From positions 1 to 64,000 of the forward strand of contig CAWCLO010000007.1 in NCBI GenBank assembly GCA_963796455.1: a DNA stretch of 64,000 bases, written 5' to 3'. The notes under the pieces are model-generated. The model made no database searches, was not told the DNA's origin, and was given only the letters and a program-made list of their open reading frames with translations. Numbering within the stretch: position 1 is the stretch's first letter; each line of letters opens with the position of its first letter. This document shows, piece after piece, positions 31,738 through 40,882 of the stretch. Made by a program: the position numbers and the translations under genes. Origin of the DNA: Candidatus Sulfomarinibacteraceae bacterium. Lineage in GTDB: Bacteria > Acidobacteriota > Thermoanaerobaculia > Thermoanaerobaculales > Sulfomarinibacteraceae.

Positions 31738-32442
31738 TCACCGCTCGATGATACCAGCCTGGGCATCGGAGGTACGGCGCCGCCGAACTTCCTCCGCATA
31801 GTCCCTGTTGTAACGAAGCGTCGTGGCAAGCAACGACGCTTCGGCCAGCCTCCAGTGGGAGGACATCACTTCACCGAGTGATCGAGTGACCTCTGAAGCG
31901 CCCAACTTTCGCGCCCGGAGCAACAGCCTCAGCACACGGTGGGCATTGGCCACGGTTTCGCGGGCAAGCCCGATCAAGGGGCTGGGATCGATCTCACGCA
32001 GCACCTGGGTGAACACCTGCGCTGCAAGCTGAATATCGGCACCTTGAGCGAGATGGCCGATACGGACCATGTGATCGATGAGAGCCGCCCGATGCCAGTA
32101 CTCGGTCAAAGCCGTGGCGGCATCTTTGACCGCGAATATGTAGATGATCTTGCGCCAGATCCGGCGGAGGATGTACTTGATCACGGTAAATACAGCCACC
32201 ACGCAACCTTGCAAGGAAAGCGGGCCGCTCAGGGATTTCACGAACTGCCGGCGCGCATCCGGCGCAATCGGAGCCTTCCGGTAGCGGGCAATCGATGACG
32301 GGATTCTCCGTCTGAAGACCCCCTCGAAAACCAGATCGACCAAAGGGATGGGAATCAGGACCGAGAGCCCGGCACAGGTGGCATCGGCATAAACATGCCA
32401 ATCGAACTCCGGCTCCAGGTTTTCATTTGTCAAGTCCGCCAC
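31738..32442 (-). CDS. Hypothetical protein
   Basis: ORF with GGAGGA RBS before GTG. Contains ADATCAGLSVLIPIPLVD. Confidence 0.65.
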   Translation of the reverse strand: MADLTNENLEPEFDWHVYADATCAGLSVLIPIPLVDLVFEGVFRRRIPSSIARYRKAPIAPDARRQFVKSLSGPLSLQGCVVAVFTVIKYILRRIWRKIIYIFAVKDAATALTEYWHRAALIDHMVRIGHLAQGADIQLAAQVFTQVLREIDPSPLIGLARETVANAHRVLRLLLRARKLGASEVTRSLGEVMSSHWRLAEASLLATTLRYNRDYAEEVRRRRTSDAQAGIIER

Positions 32443-32828
32443 GACTCCTCCGTTGACCTGATTGACGTTAGCACGCACCGAGAGACAGGCAGCAGAAGCG
32501 GCTCAACGACGAGGTCATGAATCACAATCGCTCTCGTTGTTGGGTTCGGCAATCCGCGCCACTGCTGTCCAGAACAAATCACCAGGTTGAGTTCCCCTAT
32601 AGAAAACACAGAGTCTACCGATCGGTAATTGGCATTCCCGGTTCGTGGTTGCCCCTTGCCCGAATTGCAGCGGCAGCGACAGTGCCCAGCGAAGCGACAG
32701 CGACAGTGCCCAGCGACAGCGAACAGTGAGCAGCGACAGGAAACGGCGACAGGAAACGGCGACAGGGACAGCGGTCAGGGACGGCGGTCAGTATCCAGCG
32801 ACAGCGGTCAGGAGTACAGGCGACGAAG

Positions 32829-32967
32829 TGGCCACCTCCGGGTCGTTCCAAGGAAGGGGTAAGCCGGTGGGCGGCCGATGTCAAGGACAGGCAGGGTGCA
32901 GGGCATCCTTGACATCGGCCACCACACCGGCTTGAGGGTATGGGCATGAACGACCCGGAGGTGACCA
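32829..32967 (+). promoter_or_regulatory. Structured leader sequestering the RBS, copy B
   Basis: 32829-32848 pairs with 32948-32967. Inner 15-bp stem 32873-32887/32906-32920. Confidence 0.7.
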
Positions 32968-33320
32968 TGTCCAACGCCGCCACTAACCCCAACCTCGTTG
33001 CCCACTCGAAAGCTCTCGAAGCAGCCGGGATCGCGATCAAGCTTGTTATGAGGGTTCCTGCTCCGCTGAAGTCCATAGCCGATCAGGTGATCCGGTCGGC
33101 AAGTTCTGTCCCTGCTAACTTGGCGGAAGGGCACGGCCGAGTCGGTAAAAACCGGTCGAACCACTGGAGAATCGCCTACGCCTCGGCAAAAGAGGTCGAC
33201 AGCCACTTGCTACTCCTCGCCCACGCCGGGGCAATCAGCCCGAACCGAGCCAGTGAAGCGATGATGGCCTTCGATCAGGTCCGTGCCATGACCTGGCGGC
33301 TGTTGAACCCGAAAGTGTGA
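32967..33320 (+). CDS. Four helix bundle protein, copy 2
   Basis: 117 aa; 11 differences from 10639-10992 by manual alignment. Confidence 0.88.
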   Translation: MSNAATNPNLVAHSKALEAAGIAIKLVMRVPAPLKSIADQVIRSASSVPANLAEGHGRVGKNRSNHWRIAYASAKEVDSHLLLLAHAGAISPNRASEAMMAFDQVRAMTWRLLNPKV

Positions 33321-33522
33321 GCGCTGTTCGCTGCCGCTGATGACTGAACGCTGCCCCTGACTACTGTTCGCTGTTGCTGTCGCTGTCCCTGAACGCTGTC
33401 AGAGATTCTGTCTTGGACTGGAGTGCATCTGGGTATCCGATACCGATAGCGATTGCGATAGCGATCGGAATTTGGGATTCAAAAAACTCTTCAGATTCGC
33501 CGCCTGTTACACTCGCTCCAAC

Positions 33523-34509
33523 GTGTACGAAGCTGAATACCAGGCCGCCATCGATATCGTCGCAGAAGTCTGTGGCATGACCCGAAGCGCCCAGGAGCGG
33601 ATTGTCAGCGCAGGAGAATCCATTGCGAAAGACGACCGTTCGCCGGTTACCGTGGCGGATCTCGCCGGTCAGGTCATCGTGAGCCACCGGCTCCGTGAGC
33701 TTTTTGCGGATGACCCACTATTGGCCGAGGAGAATTCCGACGCCCTCGCAGAATCGACCTTCATGGCGCAACGGGTCATCGCGCTTGCACAGATGGCCGT
33801 ACCCGACCTGAACGTCATGAGCATGATCGACGCACTCGACCGGGGCAATCACCAGGGCGGCGGTACGGGCCGGTACTGGGTGCTCGATCCGATCGACGGC
33901 ACCAAGGGCTTTTTACGCGGCGAACAATATGCCGTCGCGCTCGCACTGGTGGACGGCGGCGAGGTGGTCCTCGGAGTCCTCGGGTGCCCAAACCTGGAAC
34001 CTCTGCCGAGCGACGGCAATGACGGCAGTGGCCGTCTGTTTGCAGCCCTTCGCTCCCACGGAGCCACGTCGCTGAGCTTGAACCGGGACAGACAGCAAGC
34101 GATCGCGGTGGACCGGATCACCGATCCTTCGCAGGCGGTCGTCTGCGAATCGGTGGTGGCCGCCCATGCTGCGCACTCGGTTCAGGGAAAAATCGCCGCG
34201 CGACTCGGAATCACCGCCGAACCATACCGAATCGACAGCCAATGCAAATATGCGGTTGTCGCCCGGGGGCAGGCATCGATCTACCTCCGCCTACCACGAG
34301 ACACCAGCTATCGCGAAAAGGTATGGGACCACGCGGCGGGGTTGATCGTGGTCGAGGAGGCAGGCGGCCGAGTCAGCGATCTCCACGGAAAGCCGCTCGA
34401 TTTCTCCCAGGGCCGCCATCTCGGCCACGGCAGCGGCATCGTCTGTACCAACGGAGTCCTCCACGATCAGGTCCTTGAAGCCTGCCGGGCCGAACTCGGC
34501 CTCGACTGA
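33523..34509 (+). CDS. 3'(2'),5'-bisphosphate nucleotidase, HAL2-type (inositol monophosphatase superfamily)
   Basis: KDDRSPVTVAD, AEE, WVLDPIDGTKGFLRG, LGVLGCPNL, DSQCKY, YREKVWDHAAG. Confidence 0.9.
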   Translation: MYEAEYQAAIDIVAEVCGMTRSAQERIVSAGESIAKDDRSPVTVADLAGQVIVSHRLRELFADDPLLAEENSDALAESTFMAQRVIALAQMAVPDLNVMSMIDALDRGNHQGGGTGRYWVLDPIDGTKGFLRGEQYAVALALVDGGEVVLGVLGCPNLEPLPSDGNDGSGRLFAALRSHGATSLSLNRDRQQAIAVDRITDPSQAVVCESVVAAHAAHSVQGKIAARLGITAEPYRIDSQCKYAVVARGQASIYLRLPRDTSYREKVWDHAAGLIVVEEAGGRVSDLHGKPLDFSQGRHLGHGSGIVCTNGVLHDQVLEACRAELGLD

Positions 34510-34687
34510 CTCCCGACTGCCGCACGAATCCGCCCACGGATCACACAGAACGACCCACCGATTTTTTTTGATCTCTCAACAGAAGACCGGGGCCTTCCTG
34601 CCAACGTCGGTTGCCGTGGATTTTCAACGCAAAGGCGCAGAGGCGCAGAGATGCCTGAGACCATCTGGGTCCAGTTGATGCTTTCGT

Positions 34688-34903
34688 GACACGGGCCGGG
34701 CGACAGCGACAGAATTCAGCGGCAGCGGCAGGGAGCAGCAAACAGGGGAGAATCAGCAATCAGTGTGCAGCGGCAGCGATCAGGAGCACAGGCGACGAAG
34801 TAGCCACATCCGGGTCGTTCAACGGAAGGAATAGCCAGTGGGAGGCCGCTGATGACTGAACGCTGACGCTGCCCCTGAACACTGTCCGAGACACTGTCTT
34901 GGA
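34688..34903 (+). mobile_element. Four-helix-bundle cassette, empty copy D (left arm joined to right arm)
   Basis: Left arm and anti-RBS segment (34801-34821) are fused at GGCCG (34844-34848) to CTGATGACTGAACGCTG...GAGACACTGTCTTGGA. Confidence 0.75.
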
Positions 34904-35306
34904 AGAGGGTGTGAATAGATGAAGGTTGCGCTCCCGACGCGATAACACAACTGCAAGGCAGAATCGGTGTGCCGTAGGCGCACCGGTCGGTGGGAAGCGT
35001 GGCGGCGACGAGCGCTCGCGCTCGGAGACGGCACGCTTCTCACCGGCGACAGGCGATCGAACGATCGCCTGTTGTTCTGCCGCCAAGCATGTCAACACCG
35101 TAAAATCTCGCCAACCGCGCCTGTGCGACTTTGCGTTCTTGGCGTTCTTTGCGGTTCATTCTGTGTTCTTCTGTGTGTTCTGTGTGTCCGGCTTCGTCGC
35201 TCCGCGGCAAAGCCGTGAGGAGCCAGCTTTGCGTAGTGGCTTGGTGCTTTGGCGCCTTCGTGGTTGCGACGCCAATTTATCTGCGACGATCTGCGGTCGT
35301 GAGATG

Positions 35307-36770
35307 TCAGACGATCGGCGGCAGGACCGGGCCCGAATGCTCGAATTTGACGGCCCGTTTTCCGGTCGCGCAGGCCATGCAGGCAGGCTGAGACTTCAGT
35401 ACGAGTTCGACAAAGACCTGTTCCGGCATGTAAAAAAGCGCATCAACCCCGAGCTCGACCCGAATCTCTTCCACATCTCCATTGAATCGGGCCCCGATGA
35501 GCTCGCTCTGTGTGGGGGTGTTGATGCCCTGGAAACACGAGTCGATGACCACCGGCCACAGGGTGCCGAAATAGATCTTCTTCGCCCCGGCCGCGCGCAA
35601 GGCGCGCACGATCCGGGTGGCGTTGGTGCCCCGGACGATGCTGTCGTCCACCAGAAAGATCGATCGCCCTTTGACCGAAATCGCATCGACCCGGAAATCG
35701 AGCATCGCCGCTTCGTCCCGTGCCTCCTGGGTTTCTTCCATGAAGATACGGCCGCCGTAGCGGTACTTCGAGACCGGTGTCGCATATTGCAGCGCCGATG
35801 AATCGAGTTCCTTTTCGAGCTTTTGAGCAAAAGCCTCGGCGCCCGGAATCGGCGAGTGCGGAATCGGCACCACCATATCGATCTCTCTGACCAGATCGGG
35901 AGCCGTTTCGAGCACATGCGTCGCCAGCGACCGTCCGGCACGCCAGCGATAACTGCGAATCTTGTCGCCCATCATCTTCGATTCCACATCGGCAAAGTAG
36001 ATGAGCTCGAAGGCGCACGGAAGCTGGTCCCGTTGCAGCAGCACGCGTCGGTCGATTTCGAGATTGCGGTTGATGAAGAGGGCGGCTCCGTGCTCGACCT
36101 CATCTTCGACCTCGTATCCGTTCTGCTCCAGAGCGAGTGTTTCGGACGCGATCATGAGTGCTTCGCGGCCTGAGCGACTCCTTCGTCCGAGAACCATCGG
36201 GCGGAAACCGTGTGGATCGCGAAATGCAAACAAGCCTTCCGGAGTCGCAAGGACGGCGGAATAGGCGCCGGTTATCGCGTGCTGGGTCTCTTTGATCGCC
36301 CGGAAGACGATTTCTTTTTCTTCAGCCGTCGGGTCGAGACGGCGGTAGTGTTCAACCCAAAGAGCGAGCACTCGCAACAGAGCTTCCGCGTCACAGTCGG
36401 CTGCCAGCGCCTGGGATCGGTTCGCCAGCTCGCTTTCGATCTGCGGAACATTCGTGATGTGTCCGTTGTGGGCCAGGGCCAGAGAAGCGTGCGCGTCGAA
36501 GAAAGGCTGGGCGTTGTTGGTGCCGCCACCGCCATATGTTTTGTATCGGGTGTGGGCGATGCCCACGTCGCCCGACACCTCTCCCAGCTGTTTGAATATG
36601 TCGTCAGCCAGGCCTTCGCCTTTTTCCAATGAAAAGCCCCGGTGAACGGGGTCGAAAACAAAGAGACCGGCGTATGCCGGCCCGCGGTGCTGGAGGAAAT
36701 GCGCCCCGTTTCCAAGGTCGCCGACCACCGAGCGTCCGTTTTTACTGATGACCCCGACGATGCCGCACAT
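35307..36770 (-). CDS. purF: Amidophosphoribosyltransferase
   Basis: MCGIVG, LQHRG, HTRY, NAQPF, HNG, RDPHGFRP, LVDDSIVRGT. GGAGG RBS. Confidence 0.92.
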   Translation of the reverse strand: MCGIVGVISKNGRSVVGDLGNGAHFLQHRGPAYAGLFVFDPVHRGFSLEKGEGLADDIFKQLGEVSGDVGIAHTRYKTYGGGGTNNAQPFFDAHASLALAHNGHITNVPQIESELANRSQALAADCDAEALLRVLALWVEHYRRLDPTAEEKEIVFRAIKETQHAITGAYSAVLATPEGLFAFRDPHGFRPMVLGRRSRSGREALMIASETLALEQNGYEVEDEVEHGAALFINRNLEIDRRVLLQRDQLPCAFELIYFADVESKMMGDKIRSYRWRAGRSLATHVLETAPDLVREIDMVVPIPHSPIPGAEAFAQKLEKELDSSALQYATPVSKYRYGGRIFMEETQEARDEAAMLDFRVDAISVKGRSIFLVDDSIVRGTNATRIVRALRAAGAKKIYFGTLWPVVIDSCFQGINTPTQSELIGARFNGDVEEIRVELGVDALFYMPEQVFVELVLKSQPACMACATGKRAVKFEHSGPVLPPIV

Positions 36771-37023
36771 GCAACCTCCTCAGACGGGCACACTATAGCC
36801 CAGCTACCCGCCCGATGCTCGTTTCTTCATTCTGGATGGCCGATTGATGGTGTTGATGCATTTCCGACCCAAAAAACCCGAATTTGACATCTCGACGGCC
36901 TCCCAGCAAAACAACGAATCCTCACCTCATCGCCTTCTTCGGGAGGCCCCATGAATCGCGGTGATAACCTTGAAGTTGGTTCTCTCGCTAACGACCTGTC
37001 AACCAATAACAAAGGATTTGGTT

Positions 37024-37518
37024 ATGAGACGTCCGCACGCCGCCTGCAATCGTTCAAACCTGAGTCCGGCGATTCCGTTGCTCGTCTGCGCGGTGATGAC
37101 AATCACGCTCGGTGGTACCAACGAAGGCATTGCGAAGGACCCTCCAATTGTAATTCGAGGTTCGAGCACCCTGCAACCTCTGGCTGAGGTATGGGCCGAC
37201 GCTATTCGACGCGATTCGCGGTCAATTCGCTTCGATATCAACGGCACCGGCACAAGCGAAGGTATCGGGGATCTGCTGGCGGGACAGGCGGACATCGCCA
37301 TGGCGTCCCGGCCGCTGGAAGGCGCCGATTTCTCACGCGATAGAAATTGTGATCGAAAGATTGGACGCGACCTCGCCGCCGATCGTGAGGGTGGGAGCGG
37401 GGATCTACAGCAATTTCCGCGGCTCCCTGCGTTTCGGAGAAACCGCGGAATCAATGATCAAAGAAACTGGGTTCTACCCCGGTGTTCAGGTGGATGTCAT
37501 CGACGACTGAATTTGTGA
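37024..37518 (+). pseudogene. Truncated PstS-like phosphate-binding protein
   Basis: IRGSSTLQPLAEVW...GTGTSEGIGDLLAGQADIAMASRPL, after which similarity is lost (~37325). Confidence 0.6.
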
Positions 37519-37540
37519 GATGCGGTGGTAGTCCGGTCAG

Positions 37541-38290
37541 TTACTGCCTTTCGATTTCGCCGGTCATCGGCACAAAGCGTACCGGGATCACGGACCGTTC
37601 TTCGAATCCATCCCCGGTGCGGGTGATGACCTTGAGTTCCTGGTAGAAATCGCCGACCGGAATCACCATTTTCGCGCCCTCAGCCAGTTGCTCGAGCAAT
37701 GGATCTGGAATCCTCTCGGGAGCCGCAGTGACGATGATTCCGTCGAATGGTGCCTCGGTCGGCCACCCGCCATAACCGTCGCCACACCTCACTTCAACCG
37801 ATCGGAAGCCGAGCGCGGCAAGCGTGTCCGCCGCTCGTTCACACAATCGCTGGCGGATTTCGATGGACCGTACCTCGACCCCCATTTGTGCAAGCACCGC
37901 TGCCTGGTAGCCTGATCCAGTACCGATTTCGAGAACCTTTTGTCCCGCCTCGACTTCCAGGAGTTCGGACATGAGGGCCACGATATAAGGTTGGGAGATC
38001 GTCTGCGAGTCGCCGATCGGCAAGGGAGAATCGTTGTAGGCACCCTCGCGGTAGTTTTCCGGGACAAATAAATGCCGCGGGACGCTTCGCAGACTCGAAA
38101 GAACCGACGGGTCCTTGACCCCTCGGGCCTCGATCTGTTGGCTGACCATCTCTTCGCGCTGCATCGTCCAGTCAGGCTCCGTCAATCCCGGTTGGGTTCC
38201 ACCGTCCGAATTACAGCCGATGACGGCCAGAATCGCAATCGAGCCCGCGGCCGCGAAACGAAGCGGGATCACGCTGCCGCCGGGCTTCAT
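37541..38290 (-). CDS. pcm: Protein-L-isoaspartate O-methyltransferase with lipoprotein-like N-terminus
   Basis: VPRHLFVP, QTISQPYIVA, VLEIGTGSGYQAA, APFDGIIVTAA, VRFVPM. Confidence 0.92.
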   Translation of the reverse strand: MKPGGSVIPLRFAAAGSIAILAVIGCNSDGGTQPGLTEPDWTMQREEMVSQQIEARGVKDPSVLSSLRSVPRHLFVPENYREGAYNDSPLPIGDSQTISQPYIVALMSELLEVEAGQKVLEIGTGSGYQAAVLAQMGVEVRSIEIRQRLCERAADTLAALGFRSVEVRCGDGYGGWPTEAPFDGIIVTAAPERIPDPLLEQLAEGAKMVIPVGDFYQELKVITRTGDGFEERSVIPVRFVPMTGEIERQ

Positions 38291-38454
38291 CAGGATTCTC
38301 CACCTTTCGCCGCTGCAACCGGGGTCGATGGTTCATGCGGCTGCTTCGTTTCCGAGCTTCTCCGTTGATCACGACGGTCAACCGGCTCTGAGCCATCCAC
38401 CTTTTCCACATGGTAGAACACCTGACCGAGATACTCCATCGCACCGCTGACCAT
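38290..38454 (-). CDS. Possible 54-aa small protein (below the ORF-track cutoff)
   Basis: MVSGAMEYLGQVFYHVEKVDG...KGGES*. Its stop overlaps the pcm ATG (TGATG). Confidence 0.3.
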   Translation of the reverse strand: MVSGAMEYLGQVFYHVEKVDGSEPVDRRDQRRSSETKQPHEPSTPVAAAKGGES

Positions 38455-38644
38455 GCAGTTTACATGCCGGTCCGGAGCCCAAGCTACGTTCCAATGCCTG
38501 GCTCTGCAAAATGTCTCCGCGCTGGTGGCAGATGGAGCTTTGGGCGTCCTCGATTTGGGACAAACGACCTGCAGTTCGGACAGTCTCCCGCGGTATGACC
38601 GCGGTTTCTCTCTGTTATGGGTGCAGAAGACCGAACTGAAGCGC

Positions 38645-38660
38645 TGGCACGGGCTTTGCT
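38645..38660 (+). promoter_or_regulatory. sigma54 -24/-12 promoter
   Basis: TGGCACGGGCTTTGCT, 50 nt before ATG 38710. Confidence 0.8.
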
Positions 38661-38709
38661 CTTCCCCTGGTTGACGACGGCATCAATCATCACCGTCGGG
38701 GAGGCATCC

Positions 38710-40155
38710 ATGAGACACCAAAGAAAACTCGCGTATCTCGCAGCCGCAATCATCGTGATCGGCGCTGCCGCGGTCGTCGAGGCCGGCGGCCACTTCGGTC
38801 TCTACGTCGGTGGAGGGGGTTTTGGAGTCTCGGTGGGAGTCGGTGACTGGGGTGTTCACACCCGATCGTGGGCCGATCCCCACTGGTCGCTCAACTTCGA
38901 AGCCACCCTTTCCGGCTATGGCGAATGGGTTTGGGTCGGAGGCATCGGACGGGTGTGGCGTCCCTGGGTGGCCGCCGGTTGGCAGCCATATACCCACGGC
39001 CGCTGGGTCCACACCGTCCACGGATGGAACTGGGTCGCTTTCGAGCCCTGGGGATACGTCCCTCACCACTACGGAAACTGGGCCTATTCGTCCTTTGGCT
39101 GGGTCTGGGTCCCGGGTTATTCCTATGTCAGTGCCAACGTCGTCTGGGTCCGCGGTGGCGGCTACATCGGTTGGTATGCATGCCCTCCCCGCGGCTGGAG
39201 TCACGCCGCGCGAGGCTTCCACCACGGCTACCGGCATGGATTTCAGGACGGCTATGACACCGGCTACAGGGACGGTTGGCACGATGCTCGATACGCAAAC
39301 TATGTGGATTGGCGCCACTTCGGATCGGACAACGTCTCGCACCACGTGGTGGACCACTCTCGCGCCTCGAGATCAAGGATCGAGAATCACGCGGCCGCTC
39401 CCTCGACGTCGGAAATCCACAGTCGAGGTGGCGCTCGGATGCGTGATGTTCCGGTGTCGCGGCGCACCGTCAGCATGGCCGGCAGAGAGATCACCATCGC
39501 CCGGCCCGAGGGTGTCGCAGCAAGCATCGAGCGCCACGCGCGAGACACGGTCAGTCGGACGTTGACACCCGACGCACTCGAGAGAAGACAACCGATGGTC
39601 CGCTCGCGCCCATCTGAAGCAACTGCCGCTGCATCCTCGCGCGGAGAATCTCTCAGAAAACCGCAACGACAGACCGAACCTCGTCCTGAAAGCGCCGATC
39701 GCGCGACAAGCTCGAGTCGGACAAGACAGCATTCGAGTTCGCTCGCCGAAGGCCGGCAACCAATTTCCGCCTCGAGATCGATCCAGTCACGACAGCGTCA
39801 GTCTGAACCCTCGGAGACAGGCGGCAGCAGCGAGACCGGGGTGTCGCGTTCCAACTCGTCCGTTGCGTCCGGTCGTCGACTCTCTGCCACAAGCAGAAGC
39901 ACCTCGCGGACACCTTCGGAACGATCGCGAGCAATCGAACGAAGCACGACATCACAACGCGATCGAGCTAGTCGGTCGATTGACTCGCGACGGCAGAATT
40001 CCCCGTCCGCCAGATCCAAACCGGAGGGCACGAGATCCTCTGCGCGCCGGTCAGAGAAAAAGCCGGCCGCCGAAAACGCGACCACCGCTCGGGCACGAGG
40101 CTCGAAGCCACAGAGCAAAGAAAAACCAAAACCGGAGGCCAAACGTCGGCGTTGA
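38710..40155 (+). CDS. Secreted DUF6600-family protein with long S/R-rich disordered tail
   Basis: Signal peptide; LSGYGEW...WRP...WQPYTHGRW...EPWGYVPHHYGNW...GWVWVPG. GGAGG RBS. Confidence 0.78.
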   Translation: MRHQRKLAYLAAAIIVIGAAAVVEAGGHFGLYVGGGGFGVSVGVGDWGVHTRSWADPHWSLNFEATLSGYGEWVWVGGIGRVWRPWVAAGWQPYTHGRWVHTVHGWNWVAFEPWGYVPHHYGNWAYSSFGWVWVPGYSYVSANVVWVRGGGYIGWYACPPRGWSHAARGFHHGYRHGFQDGYDTGYRDGWHDARYANYVDWRHFGSDNVSHHVVDHSRASRSRIENHAAAPSTSEIHSRGGARMRDVPVSRRTVSMAGREITIARPEGVAASIERHARDTVSRTLTPDALERRQPMVRSRPSEATAAASSRGESLRKPQRQTEPRPESADRATSSSRTRQHSSSLAEGRQPISASRSIQSRQRQSEPSETGGSSETGVSRSNSSVASGRRLSATSRSTSRTPSERSRAIERSTTSQRDRASRSIDSRRQNSPSARSKPEGTRSSARRSEKKPAAENATTARARGSKPQSKEKPKPEAKRRR

Positions 40156-40183
40156 GGCTCGAAGGGAAAGGGACAAAGACACA

Positions 40184-40225
40184 GATGCTCGATACTCGAT
40201 GCTGGATGCTGGATGCTGGATGCTC
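40184..40225. repeat. (GATRCTS)6 heptamer array
   Basis: gatgctc gatactc gatgctg x3 gatgctc. Confidence 0.9.
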
Positions 40226-40248
40226 TGGATCCATACGTCGATTCCATT

Positions 40249-40580
40249 TCGGATAGCGAACAGGGACAGCGAATGGGATGGAGGGGTCGAGAGGCGGAAA
40301 TCAGCCATCAGCGTAGTGATTTCAGCGGCCATGGGACAGCGACCAGCATGTCACTTCTGGCGGAGCTCCGGCCTTTGTGGTGCGGCCGTCTCGGCCTGAA
40401 CGGTGAAGCCGGAAGGGGCGCAGCCACAACGGCTGTTCCTATGAGATGAACCACCCGGAGGAGGCTACTTCAGGTCGCCAGGACTCCTGATCGCTGCCGC
40501 CGAGCAGCGCGAGTCGCTGAACCGGGTCGCTGCTCCACTGTCGCTGCCGAAGGACGCTGTCGCCGCAGGATGACAATTCT
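40249..40580 (-). mobile_element. Four-helix-bundle cassette, degenerate gene-less copy E
   Basis: Minus strand has GGCAGCGATCAGGAGTCC...GTAGCCTCCTCCGGGTGGTTCA (anti-RBS-like), later AGAAGTGA...GGCCGCTGAAATCACTACGCTGATG...CGCTATCCGA, like the 3' end of copy A. Confidence 0.55.
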
Positions 40581-40794
40581 GGAAAGGGAGCGGAATCGGG
40601 TCAAAGAGCCAACCGCGGCAACAGGATCATGTCAGAGCGGTGCGATTCGAAAACCACGAGATGCAGTTGCAACTAACATCAGGTGACGATCTGTTATGGA
40701 CTAGCAGTAATGCTGGAGATGAACAGTGGAATCCATACGTCGATTCCATTTCCGATCCCGATCCCGTTCCCGAATGGGCGGAGGGGCGAAAGGG

Positions 40795-40861
40795 AGAACC
40801 GCACCTGAAGCCGCGTTCGTAATAAGGAGCGGGTATTCCTAATTCCTAATTCCTAATTCCT
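40795..40861 (+). repeat. 40-nt conserved head + (AATTCCT)n array
   Basis: AGAACCGCAC-N10-GTTCGTAATAAGGAGCGGGT, then ATTCCT(AATTCCT)3. Confidence 0.8.
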
Positions 40862-40882
40862 CCCGCGTGTTAGCATTCATCC

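Larger units (their letters stand above)
32605..33417 (+). mobile_element. Four-helix-bundle hairpin cassette, full copy B
   Basis: Same architecture as copy A. Outer ends ACAGAGTCT / AGATTCTGT are complementary with one G-U pair. Confidence 0.6.

Noticed and set aside
36771..36960. Purine riboswitch upstream of purF or guaB
   Set aside because: No recognisable aptamer. purF has a short TATAGT-GGAGG leader, and guaB starts 3 nt after secA.
40229..40752. CRISPR array from the 22-bp repeat or the 40-nt heads
   Set aside because: Only two or three copies, spaced by hundreds to thousands of bases, and no cas genes.
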